Of a stretch of DNA of 64,000 bases, positions 56,025 through 64,000 are shown piece by piece (positions within the stretch are counted from its first letter, which is position 1; each line of letters begins with the position of its first letter). The notes below the pieces were generated by a model that searched no databases, was not told where the DNA came from, and saw only the letters and a list, made by a program, of their open reading frames with translations. Source of the stretch: Pseudomonas sp. (GTDB taxonomy: Bacteria; Pseudomonadota; Gammaproteobacteria; Xanthomonadales; Xanthomonadaceae); NCBI GenBank assembly GCA_047607345.1, contig JASGDF010000139.1:2313-66312 (forward strand). Reading direction: 5' to 3'. A program made the position numbers and the translations under genes.

Positions 56025-57914
56025 TCAGCGCGCTTTGTAAAGCTCCGCCAGCCGGTCCGGCTTGCCGGCGATGCGCTCCAGGTTCGGGTACAGCAGGCCG
56101 CCGTGGTAGTCGACCTTGAGCGTCTGATAGCGGTCGAACTGCTTGACCAGCAGCTCGATCGGCGCCGGGCTGTCCTTGGCCGCGGTCACCGCGTCCTTGA
56201 TCGTGTCTGGGCTGAACGCCTTGCCGTTGACCGCGACCAGGGTCATGCCGGTGCCGATGCCGGCGTTGAACGCGGGGCTGTCCCACAGCACGTCGCTGAT
56301 ATCGCCCTTCTCGCCGATCGACAGGCCCAGCGAATAGACCAGGTTCACACCCTTGCTGCGCTGCTCGCCGGCCTTGAACGCCTCGGTCGGCTTGTCGCTA
56401 TAGACCAGCTTCCAGCCGCTGGCCTCGATGCCGTCGATGATCGGACCGTGCCCGTCGATGCGCTGGCGCAGGAAACCGGCCCAGTCGTAGGCGGCGATGC
56501 CGTTAAGCGTGGCGACGATGTCTTCGAAGGTGTACGGGTTGACGTCCCAGTCGCCGTTCTTCATGCCGAAGAACGCCTTGGCGAAATCGTCGATCGAGCG
56601 CTTGTCGCCGCTCAGCTCGCGCAACTTGGCGTCCACCGCCAGCCATACCATCTGGCCGCCGGAGTAGTAGTCCTCGCTCATCTGGTAGTTGCGGTACGCG
56701 CGAGGCGCGCGCTGGGCGATGGTCGGGTCGTTGGTGGTGTCCTGGATCGTGCGCCAGGCCAGGCCTGGGCGCCCGCGGTCGTAGGTCGCCGCGACACCGG
56801 CCAGCATCTCACGCGCCTGCTGCTGGCTCCACAGGCCCGAGCGCGCGGCGACGACGTGGCCGAAGAACTGGGTCTGGCCCTCGTACAGCCACAGCAGCGA
56901 GTCGCCCATCGGCACGTTGAAGTTCGGCGTGGCCAGGTCGGCGCCACGGCGGTACTTGCCGTTCCAGGAATGGTTGAACTCGTGCGCCAGCAGGTCGCGG
57001 CCGGCCCAGGTCTTGTCCCACTCGGTGAAGTAGCCGGTCACGCCACTGTTCTCGCTGGAGCGGTGATGCTCCAGGCCGATGCCGCCGAGCTTGTCGGTCA
57101 GTGCCAGCAGGAAATCGTAGTGGTCGAAGTGGCGCGCGCCGTACAGCTTGTCCATCTGCTGCACCAGCGCCTGGTGCGCCTTCACCTGTTCCGGTTTTGC
57201 GTCGAGGAACTTGGCCTCGTCGGCGAACACGTTGAGGTAGACCGGCTGCTTGCCGGCGCCGTCCAGTGCGATGCGCTTGTGGTACTTGCCGGCGAAGATC
57301 GGCGAATCCACCAGGTCGTCGTAGTCGATCGGTTTGAAGGTCACCGTGTTGCCGCTGCGGCTGTCAGTCTCCAGCGCGGTCGCGTAGTCCCAGCCCTGCG
57401 GCAGGGTCACGCTGGCCACGGTCTTGATGTTGCGCGCGTAGTAGCCGGCCGGGTACAGCGAGGTACTGTTCCACTGCAGGTTGAGCATCTCCGGCGTCAT
57501 CGTCACCCGTCCCTGCCCGCCGCCCTGCGAGGACAGCAACTTGAACTCGGCGCTGATCGCGCGCGTGCCCTCGGGCACCTCGACCTTGAACGCATAGACG
57601 TCGTACGGGTCGCGCGCCCACTTCAGCACCTTGCCCGTATCGCTCTTGACCACCAGCCCGGCGACCTTGTCGATCGTGCCGCTCGGCGAATGGTGGCCCG
57701 GGATCCACTCCGGGTACAGCAGGGTCATCGTACCGGGCGTGGCCGGCATCGTGGCGCGCACGCGGAAGATGCGGCGGTCGATGTCGGTGGCATCGACGTC
57801 AATGCGCAGCACGCCCTCGTAAGGCACGTCGCGTGGCGGCGCGGTCTGGGCCTGCGCGGACGGCAGCGAAAGGGCGGCGAGCAACGAAATCGCCAGTACG
57901 GTGGGGGTCTTCAT
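56025..57914 (-). CDS. M61 glycyl aminopeptidase with C-terminal PDZ domain
   Basis: Signal peptide; GLEH, HEFNH, LWLYEGQT; PDZ-like VLWDSPAFNAG. Confidence 0.9.
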   Translation of the reverse strand: MKTPTVLAISLLAALSLPSAQAQTAPPRDVPYEGVLRIDVDATDIDRRIFRVRATMPATPGTMTLLYPEWIPGHHSPSGTIDKVAGLVVKSDTGKVLKWARDPYDVYAFKVEVPEGTRAISAEFKLLSSQGGGQGRVTMTPEMLNLQWNSTSLYPAGYYARNIKTVASVTLPQGWDYATALETDSRSGNTVTFKPIDYDDLVDSPIFAGKYHKRIALDGAGKQPVYLNVFADEAKFLDAKPEQVKAHQALVQQMDKLYGARHFDHYDFLLALTDKLGGIGLEHHRSSENSGVTGYFTEWDKTWAGRDLLAHEFNHSWNGKYRRGADLATPNFNVPMGDSLLWLYEGQTQFFGHVVAARSGLWSQQQAREMLAGVAATYDRGRPGLAWRTIQDTTNDPTIAQRAPRAYRNYQMSEDYYSGGQMVWLAVDAKLRELSGDKRSIDDFAKAFFGMKNGDWDVNPYTFEDIVATLNGIAAYDWAGFLRQRIDGHGPIIDGIEASGWKLVYSDKPTEAFKAGEQRSKGVNLVYSLGLSIGEKGDISDVLWDSPAFNAGIGTGMTLVAVNGKAFSPDTIKDAVTAAKDSPAPIELLVKQFDRYQTLKVDYHGGLLYPNLERIAGKPDRLAELYKAR

Positions 57915-58003
57915 CGGGGCTCCAGACAGGGCGGACAGCAACTGAGCCGACGATGCTAGCGCCCACCTGTCTGTCCCCCCGCCTGCCATAGGTCATGGCG
58001 AGA

Positions 58004-58092
58004 GCCGGGACCCGGGACCCGGGACCCGGGAAAGCATGCAAACCCGAACGCCATGCGCAATCCGGCTTTGCCTTTCCGGGCCCCCGGTCCCG
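58004..58092. repeat. Heptamer tandem repeat (CCGGGAC)n with a degenerate inverted partner
   Basis: GCCGGGACCCGGGACCCGGGACCCGGGAAAG ... CTTTCCGGGCCCCCGGTCCCG just downstream of cyoD. Confidence 0.6.
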
Positions 58093-58097
58093 CCCCC

Positions 58098-58439
58098 TCA
58101 ATGCATCATGTTGATGTTGAGGTTGTGCATGACCCACAGCGAGCCGACGATCACGATGCCGATGATCAGGATCGAGAACAGGCCCACCTGTACGTTGGAA
58201 CGCTGTTCCGGCGAACGGTCCAGGTGCAGGAAGTAGACGATGTGCACCAGCATCTGCACCGCCGCCAGTACTGCGATGACGAGCACGGTCAGGCCACGTG
58301 GGAATGCACCGCTCATCACCATCGCGAACGGGATGACGGTCAGCACCACCGCCATCACGAAGCCGATCAGGTAGGACTTCAGGCCACCGCCGTGCGCGGC
58401 GGCGGCGTGTGTGTCGGAATGGTTGTCGTGATGGGCCAT
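58098..58439 (-). CDS. cyoD: Cytochrome bo3 ubiquinol oxidase subunit IV
   Basis: SYLIGF..VLTVIPF, VH..YFLHL, GSLWVM.NLN.NMM. Confidence 0.95.
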   Translation of the reverse strand: MAHHDNHSDTHAAAAHGGGLKSYLIGFVMAVVLTVIPFAMVMSGAFPRGLTVLVIAVLAAVQMLVHIVYFLHLDRSPEQRSNVQVGLFSILIIGIVIVGSLWVMHNLNINMMH

Positions 58440-59071
58440 TACAGGGCTCCCAGCAGGTAGACGACGGTGAACACGCCGATCCAGATGATGTCCAGGAAGT
58501 GCCAGAACAGGCTCAGGCACGCCAGACGGGTGCTGTTGCGGGCGGTCAGCCCGTTCCTGGCGATCTGGATCACCAGCACCAGCATCCACAGCAGGCCCGA
58601 GGCCACGTGCAGGCCGTGGGTGCCCACCAGCGTGAAGAAGGCCGACAGGAATGCACTGCGGCCCGGACCGGCGCCTTCGTGGATCAGGTGGTGAAACTCG
58701 TAGACCTCCATGCACAGGAAGCCGATACCCAGCAGTGCGGTCACCGCCAGCCAGCCATACAGCCCGCCCAGCTTGCGCTTGTGTGCCGACAGCACGGCCA
58801 GGCCGAAGGTCAGGCTGCTGAACAGCAGCAGGAAGGTTTCCACCAGCACGAACTTCAGGTCGAACAGCTCCTTGGCGGTCGGCCCGTCCACCGTCGCGCC
58901 GGAAAGCACGGCATAGGTGGCGAACAGCCCCGCGAACAGGAAGCAGTCGCTCATCAGGTACACCCAGAAGCCAAACAGCGTGTTGCCGCCGGTGTCGTGG
59001 TGCTCGTGGTCGTCATGGCCGCCCGCGTGGGCGGCGTGGTGTTGGTCGAGCGTCGTACTGGACATGGTCAT
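58439..59071 (-). CDS. cyoC: Cytochrome bo3 ubiquinol oxidase subunit III
   Basis: [29 protein letters not shown]. Confidence 0.95.
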   Translation of the reverse strand: MTMSSTTLDQHHAAHAGGHDDHEHHDTGGNTLFGFWVYLMSDCFLFAGLFATYAVLSGATVDGPTAKELFDLKFVLVETFLLLFSSLTFGLAVLSAHKRKLGGLYGWLAVTALLGIGFLCMEVYEFHHLIHEGAGPGRSAFLSAFFTLVGTHGLHVASGLLWMLVLVIQIARNGLTARNSTRLACLSLFWHFLDIIWIGVFTVVYLLGAL

Positions 59072-61071
59072 ACCGCCTTCGCGGCCGGAGCCGCCTGGTG
59101 CTTCTCCAACAAGGCGAAGCGTTCGTTCTCGATGCGCTCGACCTCGGCCGCCGGCACGTAGTAGTCGATGTCGTTGTCGAAGGTGCGGGCAATGAAGCTG
59201 CCGATCATCCCGACCAGGCCGACCACGGCCAGCCACCAGATGTGCCAGATCAGCGCGAAGCCCAGCACGGTGCCGAACATGCCGATCCAGAAACCGGCGG
59301 CGGTGTTGCGCGGCATGTGGATGTCCTCGTACTTGTCCGGACGCGGCCAGCCCTTGCCGGCCTGCTTGTCCTTCCAGAACTGGTCGATGTCATCGACCTT
59401 GGGGACGTGCGCGAAGTTGTAGAACGGCGGCGGCGAGGAGGTCGCCCACTCCAGCGTGCGGCCATCCCACGGGTCGCCGGTGTGGTCCACGTTGTCCTTG
59501 CGCTTCCAGATGCTCCAGCCGATCTGCAGCAGGTTGAAGAAGATGCCCAGCGCCACGATGCAGGCGCCGAACGCCGACACGTACAGCCACGGCACCCACT
59601 CCGGGTTGCTGAAGGTGTTGAGGCGCCGGGTCATGCCCATGAAGCCCAGCACGTACAGGGGGGTGAAGGTAACGAAGAAGCCGACGATCCAGCAGATCGC
59701 CGAGGCCTTGCCGATCCTCTCGTCGAGCTTGAAGCCCAGCGCCTTCGGGAACCAGTAGGCCAGGCCCGCCAGGTAGCCGAACACCACGCCGCCGATGATC
59801 GCGTTGTGGAAGTGCGCGATCAGGAACAGGCTGTTGTGCAGCACGAACGAGACCGCCGGGATGGCCATCATCACGCCGGTCATGCCGCCGATGGTGAAGG
59901 TGATCATCGCGAAGATCGTCCACAGCACCGGCGAGCGGAAGTGGATGCGGCCGCGGAACATCGTGAACAGCCAGTTGAACAGCTTCACGCCGGTCGGGAT
60001 CGAGATGATCATCGTCGTGATGCCGAAGAAGGCATTGACGTTGGCACCCGCGCCCATCGTGAAGAAGTGGTGCAGCCAGACGACGAAGGACAGCACGCCG
60101 ATGCAGCCGGTGGCGTAGACCATCGAGGTGTAGCCGAACAGCGGCTTGCGCGAGAACGTCGCGATCACTTCCGAGTAGATGCCGAACGCCGGCAGCACCA
60201 GGATGTACACCTCCGGGTGACCCCAGATCCAGATCAGGTTGATGTACATCATGGCGTTGCCGCCGCCATCGTTGGTGAAGAAGTGCGTGCCCAGGTAGCG
60301 GTCGGCCCCCAGCAGCGCCAGCACGACGGTCAGGATCGGGAACGCGGCGACGATCAGGATGTTGGTGATCAGCGCGGTCCAGGTGAAGATCGGCATGCGC
60401 ATCAGGGTCATGCCCGGCGCGCGCATCTTCAGGATGGTCACGATGAAGTTGACGCCGGTCAACAGCGTACCGAGGCCGGACAGCTGCAACGCCCAGATGT
60501 AGTAGTCGACGCCGACCCCTGGACTGTATTCCAGCTCGGACAGTGGCGGGTAGGCCAGCCAGCCGGTCTGCGCGAACTCGCCGACGAACAGCGACAGCAT
60601 GATCAGGACCACGCCGGACACGAACAGCCAGAAGCTGAGCGAGTTCAGGAACGGGAACGCCACGTCGCGCGCGCCGATCTGCAGCGGCACCACGATGTTG
60701 AGCAGGCCGGTCATGAACGGCATGGCCATGAAGAAGATCATGATCACGCCATGCGCGGTGAAGATCTGGTCGTAGTGGTGCGGGGGCAGGAAGCCCTCCG
60801 CCGAGCCGCCGGCGACCACCGCCTGCTGCGCGCGCATCATGATCGCGTCAGCGAAGCCGCGCAGCAGCATCACCAGCGCCACGACGATGTACATCACGCC
60901 GATCCGCTTGTGGTCGACCGAGGTCAGCCACTCGCGCCACAGCCAGCCCCACAGCTTGAAATAGGTCATCGCGCCCAGGACCGCGGCGCCGCCCAGGACG
61001 ACCGCGACCAGGGTGACCATGACGATCGGTTCCTGGTACGGAACCGACTCCAGTGAAAGTTTGCCCAGCAT
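59068..61071 (-). CDS. cyoB: Cytochrome bo3 ubiquinol oxidase subunit I
   Basis: [33 protein letters not shown]. Confidence 0.97.
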   Translation of the reverse strand: MLGKLSLESVPYQEPIVMVTLVAVVLGGAAVLGAMTYFKLWGWLWREWLTSVDHKRIGVMYIVVALVMLLRGFADAIMMRAQQAVVAGGSAEGFLPPHHYDQIFTAHGVIMIFFMAMPFMTGLLNIVVPLQIGARDVAFPFLNSLSFWLFVSGVVLIMLSLFVGEFAQTGWLAYPPLSELEYSPGVGVDYYIWALQLSGLGTLLTGVNFIVTILKMRAPGMTLMRMPIFTWTALITNILIVAAFPILTVVLALLGADRYLGTHFFTNDGGGNAMMYINLIWIWGHPEVYILVLPAFGIYSEVIATFSRKPLFGYTSMVYATGCIGVLSFVVWLHHFFTMGAGANVNAFFGITTMIISIPTGVKLFNWLFTMFRGRIHFRSPVLWTIFAMITFTIGGMTGVMMAIPAVSFVLHNSLFLIAHFHNAIIGGVVFGYLAGLAYWFPKALGFKLDERIGKASAICWIVGFFVTFTPLYVLGFMGMTRRLNTFSNPEWVPWLYVSAFGACIVALGIFFNLLQIGWSIWKRKDNVDHTGDPWDGRTLEWATSSPPPFYNFAHVPKVDDIDQFWKDKQAGKGWPRPDKYEDIHMPRNTAAGFWIGMFGTVLGFALIWHIWWLAVVGLVGMIGSFIARTFDNDIDYYVPAAEVERIENERFALLEKHQAAPAAKAV

Positions 61072-62015
61072 CACTTGTCTCCGGTAGTGCACATGGCGAC
61101 CGGCTCGGCGGCCGACGCCGGATGGTCATGGCCTTCCATGCGGTGGCCCTCGCCCATCATGTGTTTGTCGATCAGCGACTTGAACATGCCGTCCTGCACC
61201 GACGCGTAGTAGGTGACCGGATAGTTCTCGTGGTCGTTGCGGTTGGCCGCCAGCGCCTGGTACTCGGCCGCCTGCAGCGACTGCGGCGCGGCCTTGACCT
61301 TGGCGACCCAGGCGTCGAAGCCGGCCTGGTCGGCAAGCCCGTGGGCGACGAAGTTCATCTTCGAAAAGCCATGGCCGCTGTAGTTGGCCGAGATGCCACG
61401 GAAGTCACCCGGTTCGTTGGCGATCAGGTGCAGCTTGGTCTCCATGCCGGCCATCGCGTAGATCTGCGTGCCCAGCTGCGGGATGAAGAACGAGTTCATC
61501 ACCGTGTCGGAGGTGATCTTGAAGTTGATCGGGGTATTGACCGGGAAGGCGATCTCGTTGACCGTCGCGATGCCCTGCTCGGGATAGATGAACAGCCACT
61601 TCCAGTCCAGCGCCACCGCCTCGATGGTCACCGGCTTGACGTCCGATTGCAGCGGCTTGTACGGATCCAGCGCATGCGAGGAGCGCCAGGTCAGCACCGC
61701 CAGCACCAGGATGATCAGACAGGGGATCGACCAGACCACGACTTCGATCGCGGTGGAATGCGACCAGTTCGGCTCGTAGCGCGCCTTGGTGTTGGAGGCG
61801 CGGTACTTCCAGGCGAACACGATCGTCATCACGATCACCGGGATGACCACCAGCAGCATCAGCACCACGGAGGTGATCAGCAGGGTCTTCTCATCCTGGC
61901 CAACCTGGCCCTTGGGGTTGAGGATGGCCGAATTGCAGCCGGTCAGCAGCAGAAGCAGCGACGGCAGCAGCAGGCCTGGACGGAATACACGCCCGAGGTG
62001 TTTCAACGGAATCAT
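61071..62015 (-). CDS. cyoA: Cytochrome bo3 ubiquinol oxidase subunit II
   Basis: Lipobox [34 protein letters not shown]; no CuA cysteines. Confidence 0.95.
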   Translation of the reverse strand: MIPLKHLGRVFRPGLLLPSLLLLLTGCNSAILNPKGQVGQDEKTLLITSVVLMLLVVIPVIVMTIVFAWKYRASNTKARYEPNWSHSTAIEVVVWSIPCLIILVLAVLTWRSSHALDPYKPLQSDVKPVTIEAVALDWKWLFIYPEQGIATVNEIAFPVNTPINFKITSDTVMNSFFIPQLGTQIYAMAGMETKLHLIANEPGDFRGISANYSGHGFSKMNFVAHGLADQAGFDAWVAKVKAAPQSLQAAEYQALAANRNDHENYPVTYYASVQDGMFKSLIDKHMMGEGHRMEGHDHPASAAEPVAMCTTGDK

Positions 62016-62208
62016 CGGTCGATCCATTTGCGAGGGAGCGTCAATCCGCATCCGGCCGCACAAGACGCGCGCTGGATCGGTCATCCATTCCGTACAGAAC
62101 GGATGACCACGGCTTCGGGACGTGGGCTGACCTGTCAATTTTATTGCGTGCTGCAAGCGCACGAAAGCCGTTGACAGTGATCCGAGACGATTAACCCGGC
62201 CATGCACC

Positions 62209-62225
62209 TGCGACATATTGACGCA
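62209..62225. promoter_or_regulatory. Candidate RegA/PrrA/RoxR-type binding site upstream of cyoA
   Basis: TGCGAC-ATATT-GACGCA fits GCGNC-(AT-rich)-GNCGC. Confidence 0.45.
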
Positions 62226-62308
62226 GCTGAGCCAGCGCCATGGCACGGCGAGCAGACACGACAACCGGGCCATCCGCGCAGCGGACGGCCCTGGGTCGGA
62301 AACGAAAA

Positions 62309-62384
62309 TGGTGCCGGAAACAGGAGTCGAACCTGCGACCTACGCATTACGAATGCGCCGCTCTACCAACTGAGCTATTCCGGC
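62309..62384 (-). tRNA. tRNA-Thr (CGT)
   Basis: GCCGGAATAGCTCAGTTGGTAGAGCGGCGCATT-CGT-AATGCGTAGGTCGCAGGTTCGACTCCTGTTTCCGGCACCA; 76 nt with encoded CCA. Confidence 0.97.
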
Positions 62385-62394
62385 GAAGCCGCGC

Positions 62395-62424
62395 ATTGTA
62401 GGGTTCATCGCACGGGACGGTCAA
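62395..62424 (-). promoter_or_regulatory. sigma70 promoter of tRNA-Thr
   Basis: TTGACC-N18-TACAAT followed by a GC-rich discriminator. Confidence 0.65.
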
Positions 62425-62494
62425 TCCAGCTCGGCCATGGTCTTCACCGCAATGCCTCGGCCGGGGGCCTACCCTCCCGCGTGCGAAGGGCCAC

Positions 62495-63445
62495 TCAACC
62501 CACCAGCCGCAGCCGCAGCTCCTTCGGCAGCGCAAACACCATCGACTCGGGCTCTCCCGAAAGTTCGGACACGCCACCCGCGCCAAGTTCGCGCAGGCGG
62601 TCGATCACGCCATCCACCAGCACCTGCGGCGCGGAGGCACCGGCGGTCAGCCCGACCCGCTGCTTGCCCGCCACCCAGACCGGGTCGATCTCCTGCGCAC
62701 CGTCGATCAGGTAGGCCTCCACCCCCTCGCGCCGGGCCAGCTCGGCCAGCCGGTTGGAATTGGAGCTGTTCGGCGATCCCACCACCAGCACCAGGTCGCA
62801 CTGCTCGGCCAGCTCGCGCACCGCGTCCTGGCGGTTCTGGGTGGCATAGCAGATGTCGTCGTTCTTCGGGCCCTGCATCGCCGGGAAGCGTTCACGCAGC
62901 GCCTCGATGATCCCGCGGGTGTCGTCCACCGACAGCGTGGTCTGGGTGGTGTAGGCCAGGTTCTCCGGCTGGGCCACGTCCAGGGTCGCGACGTCGTCGA
63001 TGTCCTCGACCAGGTAGATGCGTCCCTGGCCGCGCTCGCGGTTCCACTGCCCCATCGTACCTTCCACCTCGGGGTGGCCAGCATGGCCGATCAGCACCAC
63101 GTCGCGCCCGGCGCGACAGTGGCGGGCCACCTCGAAGTGGACCTTGGTCACCAGCGGGCAGGTCGCGTCGAACACCTTCAGCCCGCGCCGCTCGGCCTCC
63201 TGGCGAACCGCCTGGGAGACGCCGTGCGCGCTGAAGATCACCGTGTTGCCGTCTGGCACCTCGTCGAGCTCCTCGACGAAGATCGCGCCACGCTGCTTGA
63301 GGTCGTCGACCACGAAGCGGTTGTGCACCACCTCGTGGCGCACGTAGATCGGCGCGCCCAGCGTCTCGATCGCGCGCTTGACGATCTCGATCGCACGGTC
63401 GACACCAGCGCAGAAGCCACGGGGATTGGCGAGCAGGACGTCCAT
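62495..63445 (-). CDS. ispH: 4-hydroxy-3-methylbut-2-enyl diphosphate reductase
   Basis: [37 protein letters not shown]. Confidence 0.97.
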   Translation of the reverse strand: MDVLLANPRGFCAGVDRAIEIVKRAIETLGAPIYVRHEVVHNRFVVDDLKQRGAIFVEELDEVPDGNTVIFSAHGVSQAVRQEAERRGLKVFDATCPLVTKVHFEVARHCRAGRDVVLIGHAGHPEVEGTMGQWNRERGQGRIYLVEDIDDVATLDVAQPENLAYTTQTTLSVDDTRGIIEALRERFPAMQGPKNDDICYATQNRQDAVRELAEQCDLVLVVGSPNSSNSNRLAELARREGVEAYLIDGAQEIDPVWVAGKQRVGLTAGASAPQVLVDGVIDRLRELGAGGVSELSGEPESMVFALPKELRLRLVG

Positions 63446-63512
63446 GGCGGGCATTCTACGGGAATGAGGAAAGGAGAATGGCCTCGGCCGGGCACGACGG
63501 GCTTCAGGCGCT

Positions 63513-64000
63513 TCAGCGCCGATTCCCGGCCCCCGCCCCCTGATTCGCCCCCTTGTCGAACAGCCCGAACAGCACGATCCCGACCGCGCCGGCGACGATC
63601 GCCGAGTCGGCGAGGTTGAACGGAGGCCACCAATGGTCGCCCACGTACCACAGGATGAAATCGACCACATGGCCATGCACCAGCCGGTCGATCACGTTGC
63701 CGATCGCCCCGCCGATCACCAGCGCGTAGGGCAGCGCGCTGCGCCATGCGCCGCGCGGGGTGCGCGACAGCCAGAACGCCAACAGCGTGCTGATACCGAC
63801 CGCCAGCGCGGCGAAGAACCACAGCTGCCAGCCGCCGGCATTGCTCAGAAGACTGAACGCGGCACCGGTGTTGTAGGTACGAAACCAGCTCCAGAAACCG
63901 TCGATCACCGGCACCGGTGTGAACTCGGGCAGGCTGGACAGCACCCAGGCCTTGCTCCACTGGTCCAGGCCGATGATCACCGCCGACAGCAGCAGCCAGA
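63513..64000 (-). CDS. lspA: Lipoprotein signal peptidase II, 5' end outside window
   Basis: [32 protein letters not shown]. Confidence 0.95.
   Translation of the reverse strand, partial: WLLLSAVIIGLDQWSKAWVLSSLPEFTPVPVIDGFWSWFRTYNTGAAFSLLSNAGGWQLWFFAALAVGISTLLAFWLSRTPRGAWRSALPYALVIGGAIGNVIDRLVHGHVVDFILWYVGDHWWPPFNLADSAIVAGAVGIVLFGLFDKGANQGAGAGNRR

Noticed and set aside
58098-62015. cyo operon lacking cyoE
   Set aside because: Heme O synthase is often encoded elsewhere; absence cannot be judged from one window.
62309-62384. tRNA-Thr as an integration site
   Set aside because: No integrase and no duplicated tRNA 3' end seen; it is flanked by core genes.

Overview
High-GC chromosomal window, probably from a Xanthomonadaceae bacterium (Pseudoxanthomonas/Xanthomonas-like; inferred from gene content, synteny and REP types). 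The core backbone is a fadJ-like fragment, czcD, mutS, DUF937, katG, hslR, a MATE transporter, rplS-trmD-rimM-rpsP, ffh, ypjD, cueR-copA/copZ, radA, an M61 peptidase, cyoABCD, tRNA-Thr(CGT), ispH and lspA. A ~29 kb surface-polysaccharide block (about 13.2-42.1 kb) sits between MATE and rplS and has two convergent arms. The plus arm is PAP2-yjbE/gfcA-like-wza-yjbFGH/gfcBCD. The minus arm is wcaJ/gumD-marR(EPS)-rfaH-ops-wzb-wzc-ugd-wzx-GTs-pyruvyltransferase-wzy-epimerase-uncharacterised secreted GH-A-like protein-rmlBACD, with an AT-richer central cassette. Other accessory items are a PL4 rhamnogalacturonan lyase next to a truncated mmsB, a GH51 arabinofuranosidase, a BrnT/BrnA toxin-antitoxin pair and four REP doublets. 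The most unusual signals are (i) a 'staircase' array of five nested, mostly lengthening copies of one motif, flanked by a 27-bp direct repeat beside a REP doublet (10871-11066), (ii) a self-contained RfaH+ops antitermination module with a split, rearranged Wza/Gfc export arm, and (iii) an RBS-bearing 39-codon ORF in the OxyR-type katG leader. All calls come from reading motifs by eye; no database searches were run.
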